Shown one piece after another: positions 50,401 to 60,445 of a DNA stretch of 64,000 nucleotides. The notes beneath the pieces were generated by a model. The model was not told where the DNA came from, did no database searches, and saw only the letters and a program-made list of their open reading frames with translations. The position numbers and the translations under genes were made by a program. How positions within the stretch are numbered: position 1 is the stretch's first letter; each line of letters starts with the position of its first letter. Origin of the DNA: Phoronis australis (Eukaryota > Animalia > Phoronida); assembly GCA_002633005.1 (NCBI GenBank), contig NMRA01000362.1, forward strand, positions 62,001 to 126,000, written 5' to 3'.

Positions 50401-51532
50401 GTTGAAATGGCGATCTCATTACAATATAGAATTTGTCAAAGTGTTATTTTACTTACTCTTAATTATCTTTTAAAGCATTCCTCTGACAACGATGATCTCA
50501 TTAGGAGCATTAACATTAAAAGCTCCAATAATGAAAAGAAAACGAAGTGCGTCTTAAAAATGTATTGATGCTTGGATTGGGTCTTTGAGCATCATTCAGC
50601 GTAAAATTATCAGAAAATTGTCACGCAATTTACATCTATGTGGAGAGCAGGTGAGCAAACTAAAAGTTTGGTGCCAGGTGTCGATGGATCGGGTTAATTC
50701 TTTTACGTTACAAATGATATCCACGAAAAACAAAAATTCCCTGAAAAGCACAGATTTTTTAACCTTTGCTAAAAGGTGTACAGATGTTAACATTCTATAC
50801 AAGTATCTGTTCAGTGGGAAATATTAATTTACTGAGTAATTTGGGCTTCATCGTATGGTGAAAAATACACTTAAATATTATTATTTTTATTTTTTCATTA
50901 TTTATTTTATTTTATTAATGTAATATTATTTACAATGAGGGTATCCCCATCAGTTCAAACTGCTTTCCATGGGGGCCTTCGCCTGCATAGTTACATTCAT
51001 GTCTTCATTACAGTGCTTTCCAACCTTTTTATGGTGACCACTGTGTGAACAAGGCCTATAGCGCATACTGCGCTGGCGGTGGTATATGCAGCACCCAGTC
51101 GAATATATGGCCTTGTTATCAATCGTTCCTTCATGAATCTCACTTCCGTCTTAAAGTAGAATCACTGGGCTCCAGTTCGTGACAAGTAATTTTTTCGCCT
51201 ACGGGTTTTGTTTGGACTACCCAGTAGGCACTGATGCTCTAACCATCTAATAAGTGTTAAAAACGTGCGTGCCTAGGTCTCATCTTGCACATGAGTATTT
51301 CGCCTTTTCAGACACCCGGTACATACGTGTAGATCTGTAACAGATCTCTTTACAATGTAGGCAAAAGCAAGTATCTAATATTGCACTTTGGTTTCGGGAA
51401 TTGTTCGGAAATTGTTACTAAAGAATTTAAGCCTTTCTTAAACACGAAATTCAACACAAATTTCACCCCACCTTTCACGGCCATGATAATAGCAATAATG
51501 ATCAAGGCAGCTGTCAGCGATGAATCAGCCAT
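35486..51532 (-). CDS. Ig-superfamily type I receptor: signal peptide, IgV, IgC2, IgC2/I, stalk, TM, SAM domain, Tyr-motif tail; 11 coding exons, about 610 aa
   Basis: Exons 51532-51472 (MADSSLTAALIIIAIIMAVK), 50254-49889 (V-type, DEGVY), 48817-48497 (LTC...W...DDGVQFRC), 47255-46950 (LTC...YKW...YVCNASN), 45928-45878, 44875-44843, 41581-41437 (TM VAGVVISVFVLEIVLIVLLVMLIRR), 40694-40616, 39338-39299, 37052-36927, 35790-35486. The last two encode the SAM (VADLLESFGLQSHAPAFEREQITTQSLADLTIEDLTLRLGVALGPSRMMLKRI), then YSDV, YANV, YEGL, YAKL, YETV. All GT-AG; Ig exons are phase 1-1; total 1833 nt. The small exons are less certain. Confidence 0.85.
36060..36157 (+). repeat. 48-bp tandem duplication
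   Basis: ctcagtgcgaaggagtttctaagatcatttgcata(t/c)gccttttgaatg, twice. Confidence 0.85.
38240..38810. mobile_element. Non-autonomous interspersed element (intron of Ig receptor); inverted copy at 24560-24918
   Basis: Starts cataggcggatttagggggg; core 38410-38665 matches the reverse complement of 24575-24830. Confidence 0.75.
39660..39985 (+). repeat. Diverged tandem duplication of about 170 bp
   Basis: ttaatacttt(a/c)gaaaggg...ttttactg(c/a)caatttcatgaaatt(a/g)atgtttttggttatt...gtgaacgggcaac occurs twice. Confidence 0.8.
41630..43530 (+). mobile_element. 5'-truncated, inactivated non-LTR retrotransposon with restriction-like endonuclease (R2 superfamily, HERO-like)
   Basis: RT C-terminus (HVQARW, MKFKPRKSR, IKCLGKWY), CCHC knuckle CQFC...HILSGC, WRHDQVL, and endonuclease LRPDI...IELTVPWE...KY...PVEVGCRGF. 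A 19-bp duplication at 41795-41832 shifts the frame and an in-frame TAG sits at 43041-43043. The ORF ends at 43289. It is antisense within a receptor intron. Confidence 0.9.
44212..44285 (+). pseudogene. tRNA-like sequence (tRNA pseudogene or SINE head)
   Basis: A box TGGCTCAGTGG, B box GGTTCGTGTCC, stem TCTGC/GCAGA. The anticodon loop ACGGTTA lacks U33/R37 and the acceptor stem is mismatched. Confidence 0.6.
49641..49845 (-). pseudogene. Degenerate duplicate of the 3' half of the IgV exon (pseudo-exon)
   Basis: Colinear with 49884-50070: ccatccaacacaagtt, gtgggaca, agtgtac, gagtgat, gagt(a/c)ctgcca, tgaaaatgatc(t/c)attg. It has indels and the donor changed from gtaag to gcaag. Confidence 0.75.
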
Positions 51533-54330
51533 TTTTGTTGATCGCAAGTCCAGATATGTGACCACATCAGCTGACCTAAACAAAAAAATCGAATTGAAAC
51601 AGAAATGAAAGACCCATGTTAGATAAAGCCATGACTAATGACATTCATCGTATCACCAGGAGACAGCTTGATTAACAACTTGAAAGTTCAGCGCCACTTA
51701 CCGTTTACCTGTGAATGAGTGACTTGAAATTTACTAGGTGGCGTAGTGCAACAACTGTCCTACCTGGGATAAGTTTCGTAACCACAAGAGTTTTGTGAAA
51801 GAAGCTCGTGCGATCACGTGCTTTTCATGTAATACAAGCTTGGCGATATCTCGCAAAGACTTGAGCGATCTTGTGCTGCTGCGACTTATTCCATCTACGT
51901 AACAGGCATCTGGGTTGAGTTCTATTGAACAACTTACTTACGTGTGTCAGGAATAGATTGGCACTGTTCTTAAAGGGGAGGGCAACCTTTTTTAATGTCA
52001 GTAAGACATTTTTGGGTGTTAAAATCATGTTACAATATTTTACGGGAAGAAGTTGCATTTAGACTAAATGAAAAGTTTAGGCCCTTTTTCTGAGAAATAA
52101 TGTATGCTTAATGTTACGTGTAGTATTTAACTGTACCCGTGAAGAACAAGACAATTTAAAAAATGAAAAGTTTACCTTGTAAATGAACCCAATCCAGTGC
52201 TTGGTGTTGCTGACAGCGTAGAGTGTATTTGCTCTTTGGGTGCACACTAATCCGGAAAGCACACAATGACAAAATATGTTTTATTGAGTCAAGATTCTTT
52301 TGTTTTGGCCGCTCGAGCAGACGTTACCAATAATTCTTTAGATCAAAATGTATTGTTGTTATACTAGCAACACTTGCTCAAGCCTATTGCGAAGTAAAAG
52401 CTGTATGTTTTCTAAGTACATGGCACACTCTGATATATTGTATTCACTCAGACCTCGCTGTTTGAGTTTACTCACATTCTTTTGCAATTTGTTGAGGGAC
52501 AGAATTCGACCACCCCCTCCCCCCGAACCTGAACAATACTCACCTCTTTCACTATCGTCCCACAACCTTGTTGCTGCTGTCCCATCACTAAAAGTACAAA
52601 TGAATGTTGTCACCAGACTACGTAAAATCGCTTAATCCAAAAGAAGAGGTATGACTACCCCTATCCCCCTTCTTGGCTTTGGATGGTCTCAAATCCCTGT
52701 AAATTGAACTCCTTCATATCCACTTCACGTATACTGTACAAATCGTGTTGTTTGTAGTGCATCTTTTCATAAACCTGCTGTGTAATCACTGAGATGAGTA
52801 GCCAAATGGTGCAAGGTATACTCAGTAAAAGTTCATGGTAACCAAACTTTTTACTTCATTAATGTACTGTGGTAAACTAGCCCAAAACTACCAAAGTACA
52901 CTGGTTTCATATTCACACATATATCCTTTGCTCGCTTTCTCATTGAACTGGTTAAAGTCAGCAAGTCGAACATTCGCAAAAATTCTCAGCTTTTGAGAAG
53001 CCATTTCTTAAATTCTAAATGTCTATACTAAATATCAATCCTGTTTTTGGATCTTAAGGTCAGGAAAAGGCATTGATTTTCCAAACGTTTTTAATCTATA
53101 GAGACATCTTAAAGGATGTCATATGTTTGGTACAAGAGTGAAGTGAAGAGTCAAAACATGGAGAAGGAACTTCAGTACACAACGACCGATAGTAAACGCA
53201 TTTCTGTGACGAACATCCATTTGCGAATGTATTCGACGGTCAGTGTGCAGTGATTGGCGAATCGGGGGTTGGACGTGTTTGGGCACTTGTCAGGAAATAC
53301 ATGTTCAAGTCTGCTGAAGTGACTGGATTTCTTGAAATAATATGGCATTTTGAAAAAATGTAAGCCGATTTTAGTGCGATTGAGTATAACGCTTGAACGG
53401 AGAACGTTGAAACTCGTGGATCTGTGGTGAACGAATGAACAATAGACAACGACACTTCCGCTCAATAGAGTTACATAAGGATACATACAGACCGAACTGT
53501 TGTTGAAACTGTGCTTTGTTTAAGTGTATTCCCATGTGTTGAGATATGTATTTTGTAGTAAAGTATTTCTCATTTTATTGTTTCACTAAGTTGTTTCTTG
53601 AAATAGATTTACTATGGAAGTGGAGGTCAAGTGCAGGATGTGTCGGTTACTAGAAATGGATAGTAGCTAACTACATCATCTACCACAAGACTCATACTGG
53701 ACGGTACTAGTGTGATTACAACTTCAATCACATCGAATGAGTTAACTGAGGTATTATCAGGTGTCTGGCATCACGATGAAAAGAAATATGAATTCCAACA
53801 ACACTCCAAGATGAGGACAACCTGGTACAAACATTCCAGATGAATGGTTTCCCAGACGAATTCATGGAATCATAAACAACATCACAAAGAAGAGAGTACG
53901 CAGAAGAAAATATTACACAATCTATGTGCCTCTCATACACAAATATGCCTAGCTAGTTAGTATCTTTGAAAAGCTAGGACGAATATGCAAGGAATTCAAA
54001 ATAAGAACTGTATATATATAAGCTCAGACACCATACATCGGCGACAAACCAAAGTCAAACCGGAAACAGACATGGGGAAAAAGAAAAACGCCATCTATCA
54101 AATCCCACCAGTTATGAGCAGAGAAAGCAATAGCTCATCGGAAATATCAGGGCATATGTGGTCAAAACAACACAAAAATCCAGTGGAATACTTGACAACG
54201 AAACTAGCTGTACCAAAAAACACCAAATCCATGCACATGAAGCTATACCCGACAATTATTTCCAGCAAGCCAAGTGACACCTGGATGTACTCTCGATCCC
54301 AAGGTAGACATAACAAAATAGATTTGTATG

Positions 54331-54410
54331 GGCGACTCGGTGGTGTAGTGGTGAGGGTATTGACCTGAAACTTAAAAGGTCTGAATTTTAATCCATCTCA
54401 GTCCCAAGAA
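54331..54410 (+). mobile_element. Degenerate tRNA-derived SINE head
   Basis: ggcgactcggtggtgtagtggtgagggta is A-box-like, followed by a decayed B box. Confidence 0.4.
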
Positions 54411-56199
54411 AAAGGACAAAGTGCTCATCGATCACCACCAGGAGTGTACCATACACCCGTGCTAGTTTTTGCAAGGGCGCTTTTGCAGTGAAGATGTCCT
54501 GAGAAGTGATCTACCGGTATTGTCTTGATAGTGTAAATAGACTAGAGAATGTCGTAAGTGGACCGATACATTTTAGAAGTTATACTATCAGGCACATCAC
54601 TAGCTCAGCGTGGTCTTAGGAAGACAGAGCATTGTTCTGGGACAATGTGGTTCCTTGGCAGAGCTCGGCCCTATGTTGTGACTTACTTGATGATCTAGAA
54701 CATAAAATCCAACCTCATGTCCAGTTGACGGCACGCAATAAAACTCTGATACACTCAGCCAGTTGTGAGTGAAATATTACAGATATGTCGTGTGTTCACT
54801 GGTCAACATTTCCAAAGCATACATGTAATTACGCCATTGGTGTATGTCGTAAAACGAAGAAACTGGCCATCTGTGCAAAAGAACTGACCTTTCGTTCTAA
54901 TGTCGTTAATCACTGTCTTTTCATTGAAGCAGTAATTCTGAAGTTCCTTTCGGGAAAATACCAAAAATAATTTTTTATCCACTTAACCTTCGGCTTCCCG
55001 ATAATGTCTTCCTGGTTTGACTAAACGAAGTGCGAATTCAGGGCTTAAGTTCACCTCTAACTCTCTACATGTAAAATTTTAGTTTCTCCTATACTTACCT
55101 CTAACCACTCTTGATTCTAAATGTCAGATCACACTATTCACCTGACCTATATGTTTGGATCTGCGAATCCATGAGCGAATATTGTACTCAGAAATTAACC
55201 CCTGCACACTGATTTTGAGGAAATAACATGTCCTGTTATATCAATGCAGTGTACATGTAGGTCACGGTCACCGAGGTGAATGATTGTACTGAGTAAACAG
55301 TCGTTTCAGTGCTAGTTCAGAGGTTTGTTTCTGGAAGAGACTATTGGCTTTTGTTTTTTGCATTGTTTAGTCAGATATGTGACAATGCATAGCCAAAAAG
55401 TTGAGTTTTTGTATTTTGCAGTTCAGTTCTCGAAACGTTTTGCCAAGCGGACTACGTATTTCTGTCTTATGACATGGAGTTGTAGGCATTTAGTATATGC
55501 TAGTTTTTGTGTAACAAGTTAAGTCATCCGTAGATTGGTTTTAGCCGAAAATCAAAAGACAAAACCCAATAGACACCTCTAGAAACGACAGGCCTCTTGC
55601 AGTTAGAAAGCATTTGAGTCTCGGATGCAGAATCTCCTGCCACGTTACTTAGATCTAAATGTAATTACTTGTTCTGTCTATTTCATTTAGGATCAAGCCA
55701 TTACGTAAAACTGCAGAAGAGGTGCCATCAGCATATCGGACGTATACCATCAAAGTATTCTTCTCGGACATTTTCTGATGCATACTCGATATTTCCGGAC
55801 AAGTTTAGCAGTGTTATAGTGCGTATAATGAGGGATTGTAATTTGCATTTACTCCTAATAGTCAATTTCCCATTTGTTACTTACATTGTACGTAGCCAAC
55901 CATGTTATCTTTTCGCCGCTGTGGCCTTCCAGCCAGTGTCCGGAATATACGGTGGCCCGGGCCCCGAGTGGATTTGCGGCAGGGAAAGTAACTTTTAGAC
56001 AGAGGCCCTATGCGGATGTGGTCTCATATCCAATTATTCAAAAAGGTGTATTGAGTAATTTTGTTTGCCTCACACTTCAGTCTTGGACGCCAACAAGTTT
56101 AGTTTTGAACATAGTTGGCAATAAATCCACTTTTTACAAACAAGATGTAATAAGCGCACCAGTTGGGATGTTATAAACCACCCTCGACTTCAACACTTC

Positions 56200-56291
56200 A
56201 CGAGCTCTCGACCCACATCCCAACAACCCCATCCACCCACGACCTCATCCACCCACGACCTACGACCCACAACCCCCTCGACCCATGACCT
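56200..56291 (+). repeat. Low-complexity (acccacgacct)-like repeat
   Basis: Several cgacccac / cccacgacct units. Confidence 0.6.
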
Positions 56292-57136
56292 GTGCCAATG
56301 GATGTATTATTACACATTTCCTAATCATATTGTAAGTCGCTGATGATGGCTTTCTGTAGACTTGCCTTAACACAACGAGAGTTGGCTGAAATCTACAAAA
56401 ACAGGGGTTAAGTGTCCTTTTAACATAACGCCAGATAATTTTTGCACGTGTTCTAATTTGATTGTTGATCGACTCATTGGTGGGCTTGTTTGGGTGTTTT
56501 CATCAACAAATTGGAGATTCTTTAAAACCACTCGATTAATGAACCGAGAAAATATCTGAAAAGCTGGGTTGCAATTTGCAATTGAGAATTAAGCTCAAGA
56601 AGTCGTAGAAAACCTTACTGTATATCCTGGCGATGAGACATACATGTAGTACACACATACACGCTTACATACATTCATACATGTATGTAGTGTGTACATG
56701 TACATGTATGTACAGTGTACGTAAGTATGTCTGAATGTATGTATACGCAACGTATTGCATTACGAGAATCAATTACATAACATGTAGAGCACCGTAACAA
56801 AGTTCTGGGCATTCTTTTTATTTTTGTTACGCCGTAAAAAATATCAGGCAGTACCGAAGAGGCCGATAAATGAAAAACAATTGCAGGCGGACCTGTTGCA
56901 CTGAATCGCAAGGAACTATTTTCATGCTTTACTGATATAGTTAATATCGAGTTGAGGAGTTAGATACCTGATTCGAAGGGTGCGCATCCTTTAGTGGAAC
57001 TCGAACCCACGTACATGTAAAGGAAGTGAACACTTGCTACATGCATAGGCCTATGTACGTATCCCACAATGCCACAGTGCCTCCTCAGAGAAGCGACCGC
57101 ATGGGGGATGCGGGATCGTCTTGGTTGTAAAACCAG

Positions 57137-57547
57137 GGCCCGGTCTCTAATCTTTGTACTCGAAATGAACTCGAAACTATTTTTGGCAATTTCTCTGCTC
57201 CTTTTGTGCGAACTTAAGATAATTGGTTATCAGACTGCTCGAAATACATTATACATGTAGTTTATGCATAGGAGTTTCTACAGTAGTTCAAGTTTGCCCT
57301 TGAAGACCTTTATATTCGTGCTACAAACTCGAGTAAAAACTCGAAATTTCGAGTTCAAACTCGAACTTATTGCTTTAATATTGGGTTTACAAACTGTGAA
57401 CTAAGGGCAATACATTATCTACGTAAGTTATTGTGTACTCGAGCTTAGAATAATAGACATTTATCTTGAGTTCGCCCAAAAGTAGAGTAGAAAATGCCAA
57501 ACCTAATTTCGAGTTCCATTTCGAGTAAAAAGATTGGAGACCGGGCC
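57137..57547. mobile_element. PIF/Harbinger-like MITE
   Basis: TIR ggcccggtctctaatctttgtactcgaaatg / catttcgagtaaaaagattggagaccgggcc, with 3-bp flanking duplication CAG (57134-57136 and 57548-57550). Confidence 0.8.
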
Positions 57548-58744
57548 CAGTCATGATTAGTGAACAAAAGTGGAATAATGCATTGCTCAATTCTTGGTAG
57601 TGACAGGCTGTTGACAGCGTTTGCTCTCTCTGAGCACACCAAACTTGGAAACACCATATCGAGATAGACTCCGACGATTTTAATCATGTTTGAATTTTCA
57701 GACAGCACAATTTCTGTGAAATTCCCGTTTCTGGTTTTTCATTAGAGCTTTCGTTATTTGTTATGTTTAATTTAATATGAAGGTTCGTTTCATTCTTAGA
57801 AAAGTACTTAACACTGAACCCGTTTCGCGACTGAAAAACGCCGGCGCCCGTAATCAGTGGAAATTCCAGGTAGAGACCGTTCTCTCAAAGGTTTTAAATA
57901 CAGAAAAGCTAGTGAATGTTGTTGAAGAAAACCGTCGTATAGTATACAGACGTTTGTCAAATTTAGCAAACAAGAACTGTACATGGCAAAACGTGTACGG
58001 TATCCATAACGTTGTTAGTTGATATAAATGTTCATGAGCACAAAAACGATGTAAGGTAAGCTTTTTTTAAATACTTCGTTTCTGCAACTATATTTTTTTA
58101 AAGAAGCCATAAAATTTCTATTTTGGAAAACCCCTCACGTGGAGCATATCAAAACCAATTCCTAATAGCGTTTATGAGAACAGTGCGTAAACCACAGTGC
58201 AGTATCTGAAAGTTTCGTGATGAATCTGATCAGCCATATTTGAGATATGATGTTCAGAACTTACCCAAATTTAGACAAATGGACAAATTTCTAGGGTCCT
58301 AAAACTAATATAATAACTTTTACTTACTACATGACCATTCATTCATAAAACACGACAAATTTCAAAAGATGCAAACTGCATGCCCTTTCTGAGCAGAGGA
58401 CGACTGCTTAGTTTCAAAATCTTCCGACCACTTGATGTATGCATACATGTACCTGTCACGTTGAGACCTATTCAAACCAGGAGAAGCGTGGGAAGGGTTG
58501 TAGCGCCCTCATTTGGGAAGTTGTAGGTCCAGATGGTGAAAACCTTCCCATTAAAGCGAACGGGAAAGATATGCTACCGCATTCCTCAAATGACAGACAG
58601 CTTATAGCTGTTCTATAGCCTTTTTAACTTTGTGCGGTGACCATTACCCGCGGTGAATGGGAAACTGAGGAGGGTTTCACCGACGCAAGAAGCTCGTGAA
58701 AACGCAAGATCGCGCGTGACTTTACCGACTGTATGAATACAGCT

Positions 58745-59015
58745 AAAGTCATCGACAGTAGAAAGATGCGTTCCGAAAAGGCGCAACCACAATTTCTAGG
58801 ATTCACATTTCCTGAGCAGAAATTTTAAGCACCGATTTGTATGTAGCAACAGACTTCATTTACACTTCAGTCCATCAGTCATGCCAGTTTGTTTGCGAAA
58901 AGGGCTACCTGTTGAGAATTCGACTAGCCAATCAGAAACTCCGGTGAAAAAAATTCCCGAGGAAAATTAAGTGATACCTGCGTGCTGGCTACTGACCATC
59001 TAGCGGCACACAGGG
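58745..59015. repeat. Dispersed repeat; inverted copy of 17680-17925
   Basis: gacagtagaaagatgc...caaccacaatttctaggattcacatttc...ttttaagcaccg. Confidence 0.7.
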
Positions 59016-59339
59016 AACCAGCGCGTAGCTTTCTTCTGAGAGATTGTTGCGTGTATGACATTTGCCTAGATGTCGACGGCCGGTGCATTCTCTTTCCTTT
59101 TAGCCCCATCACAGAAGAAAACATTTGAACGCTTACGAACACTTTTTTACTTTGGGGGTGTCTCACAGCATGTAGTAGCCCTCTTTTGGCGTGGCGTCTG
59201 GTGGCAACTGTGCCACACACCACTGATTATATAATAAGTACCCCCCCCCCGGTCACCAACTATTTTCTGTATGACCCTATTCATTTATAAAAAATATAAT
59301 TGCAGGCGGTCTGATACACGTTGTACCAGACGTGCGCAG

Positions 59340-59527
59340 GCCTCGCATGTGGGCCCATTGCACTGATCACCTGGAAATATTTTTATGCTTTATTAATATA
59401 TGGTTAAAACCGAGCTGAGGAGCTAGAAACCTGGCACAAGGATTTAGCAGTGTGAACTGGTGGGACTTGAACCCACGACCTCGAGTAAAGAAAGCGGGCA
59501 CTTATCAACCAGGCCACACTGCCTCCT
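59340..59527 (-). mobile_element. tRNA-derived SINE (head 59527-59455); related decayed head at 56995-57087
   Basis: The minus strand reads gaggcagtgtggcctggttgataagtg...gtgggttcaagtccca (A and B boxes). The body motif cctcgcat(g/a)tg(g)gcccat is shared with 2922-2938. Confidence 0.55.
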
Positions 59528-60282
59528 CTATTCATTTACGCAGATGACGACCTTATACAGTGTACATACATGTACCCATATCCAACTGAAAGAGTCACAT
59601 ATACATGTAAATGGTAGGTAGAGGTTCTGGCTGTATCAAAATCTGAAAACAATGGTGATGACGGTTATAAGTGACATTTGCATGGCCTTGCTGCAATTAT
59701 AAACACTTAGAAATACCAAGTTATATAAAGCAAATTTTATTTAACAGTTCAACAACAACAAGGCAAATATCCTGAGGCAAACACCGCCCATTGGGAAATA
59801 CTGGCCCCGTGAAATATTCAAATGGGAAATTGGCGGGAATGTACAGCAGGTTAATATGAAACATAAATACAGGTTCTTCCCAAGCAGGTCATGGTCCAAA
59901 ATGCAATAACAGTTGAAGCGCTTAATACATGTAAACTAATGAACAATGATAAATTAACATTAATACTGAAAGTGTTCTGTAAGACGTGTTCCTTGGAAGC
60001 TTGGCTTTGGCAGACCATGCAGGTCTTCGCGATGTGCATTCGATGACCTTTACCACTAGTCGGTTTTCAGGAAATCTGTCATTCGGTCCGAAACTCGCTT
60101 CTCATTCTACATGTATAATTGTAATTGCTTGATTTTATTCCGATGTGGATGGCTTTTTCGGCGGGTCCATCTATCCACACAAAACAATTACAGTTGTACA
60201 TGTACATGTACTACCTTCCATTCTCGATCTAGGTTCTCGCGTTGCAGAACGGCGCTCAGGAAATCAGCCCTTGTCGACATTT

Positions 60283-60445
60283 TTATGCGCAGTCAATCAT
60301 AGTGAAGCATGTTTCCGGATTGGTTCCTGCTGGCGAACCATCATTCCTCACAAACTGTTCACATAGTTTGGCCTGATCGTCAGGACCTGACGCTCCGAGG
60401 TAGACATCGTGCAATTCAACTTTCGGACCATAAACAGCGCGAAAC
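60283..60445 (-). CDS. Terminal exon of a second IL-1-like (beta-trefoil) gene B; upstream exons uncertain or outside the window
   Basis: Acceptor tcttttccag|G (phase 2), then FRAVYGPKVELHDVYLGASGPDDQAKLCEQFVRNDGSPAGTNPETCFTMIDCA-TAA. Same phase and same F...Y(L/I)GA...TxFx(M/I) pattern as the last exon of gene A. AATAAA on the minus strand near 59737-59742. Confidence 0.65.

Noticed and set aside
35486-51532. Calling the receptor an IL-1R or FGFR ortholog
   Set aside because: No TIR or kinase domain; the V-C2-C2 layout is generic (nectin/CD2-like).
51800-54330. Faint LINE RT-like peptide fragments
   Set aside because: Too degenerate to assign boundaries or family by eye.
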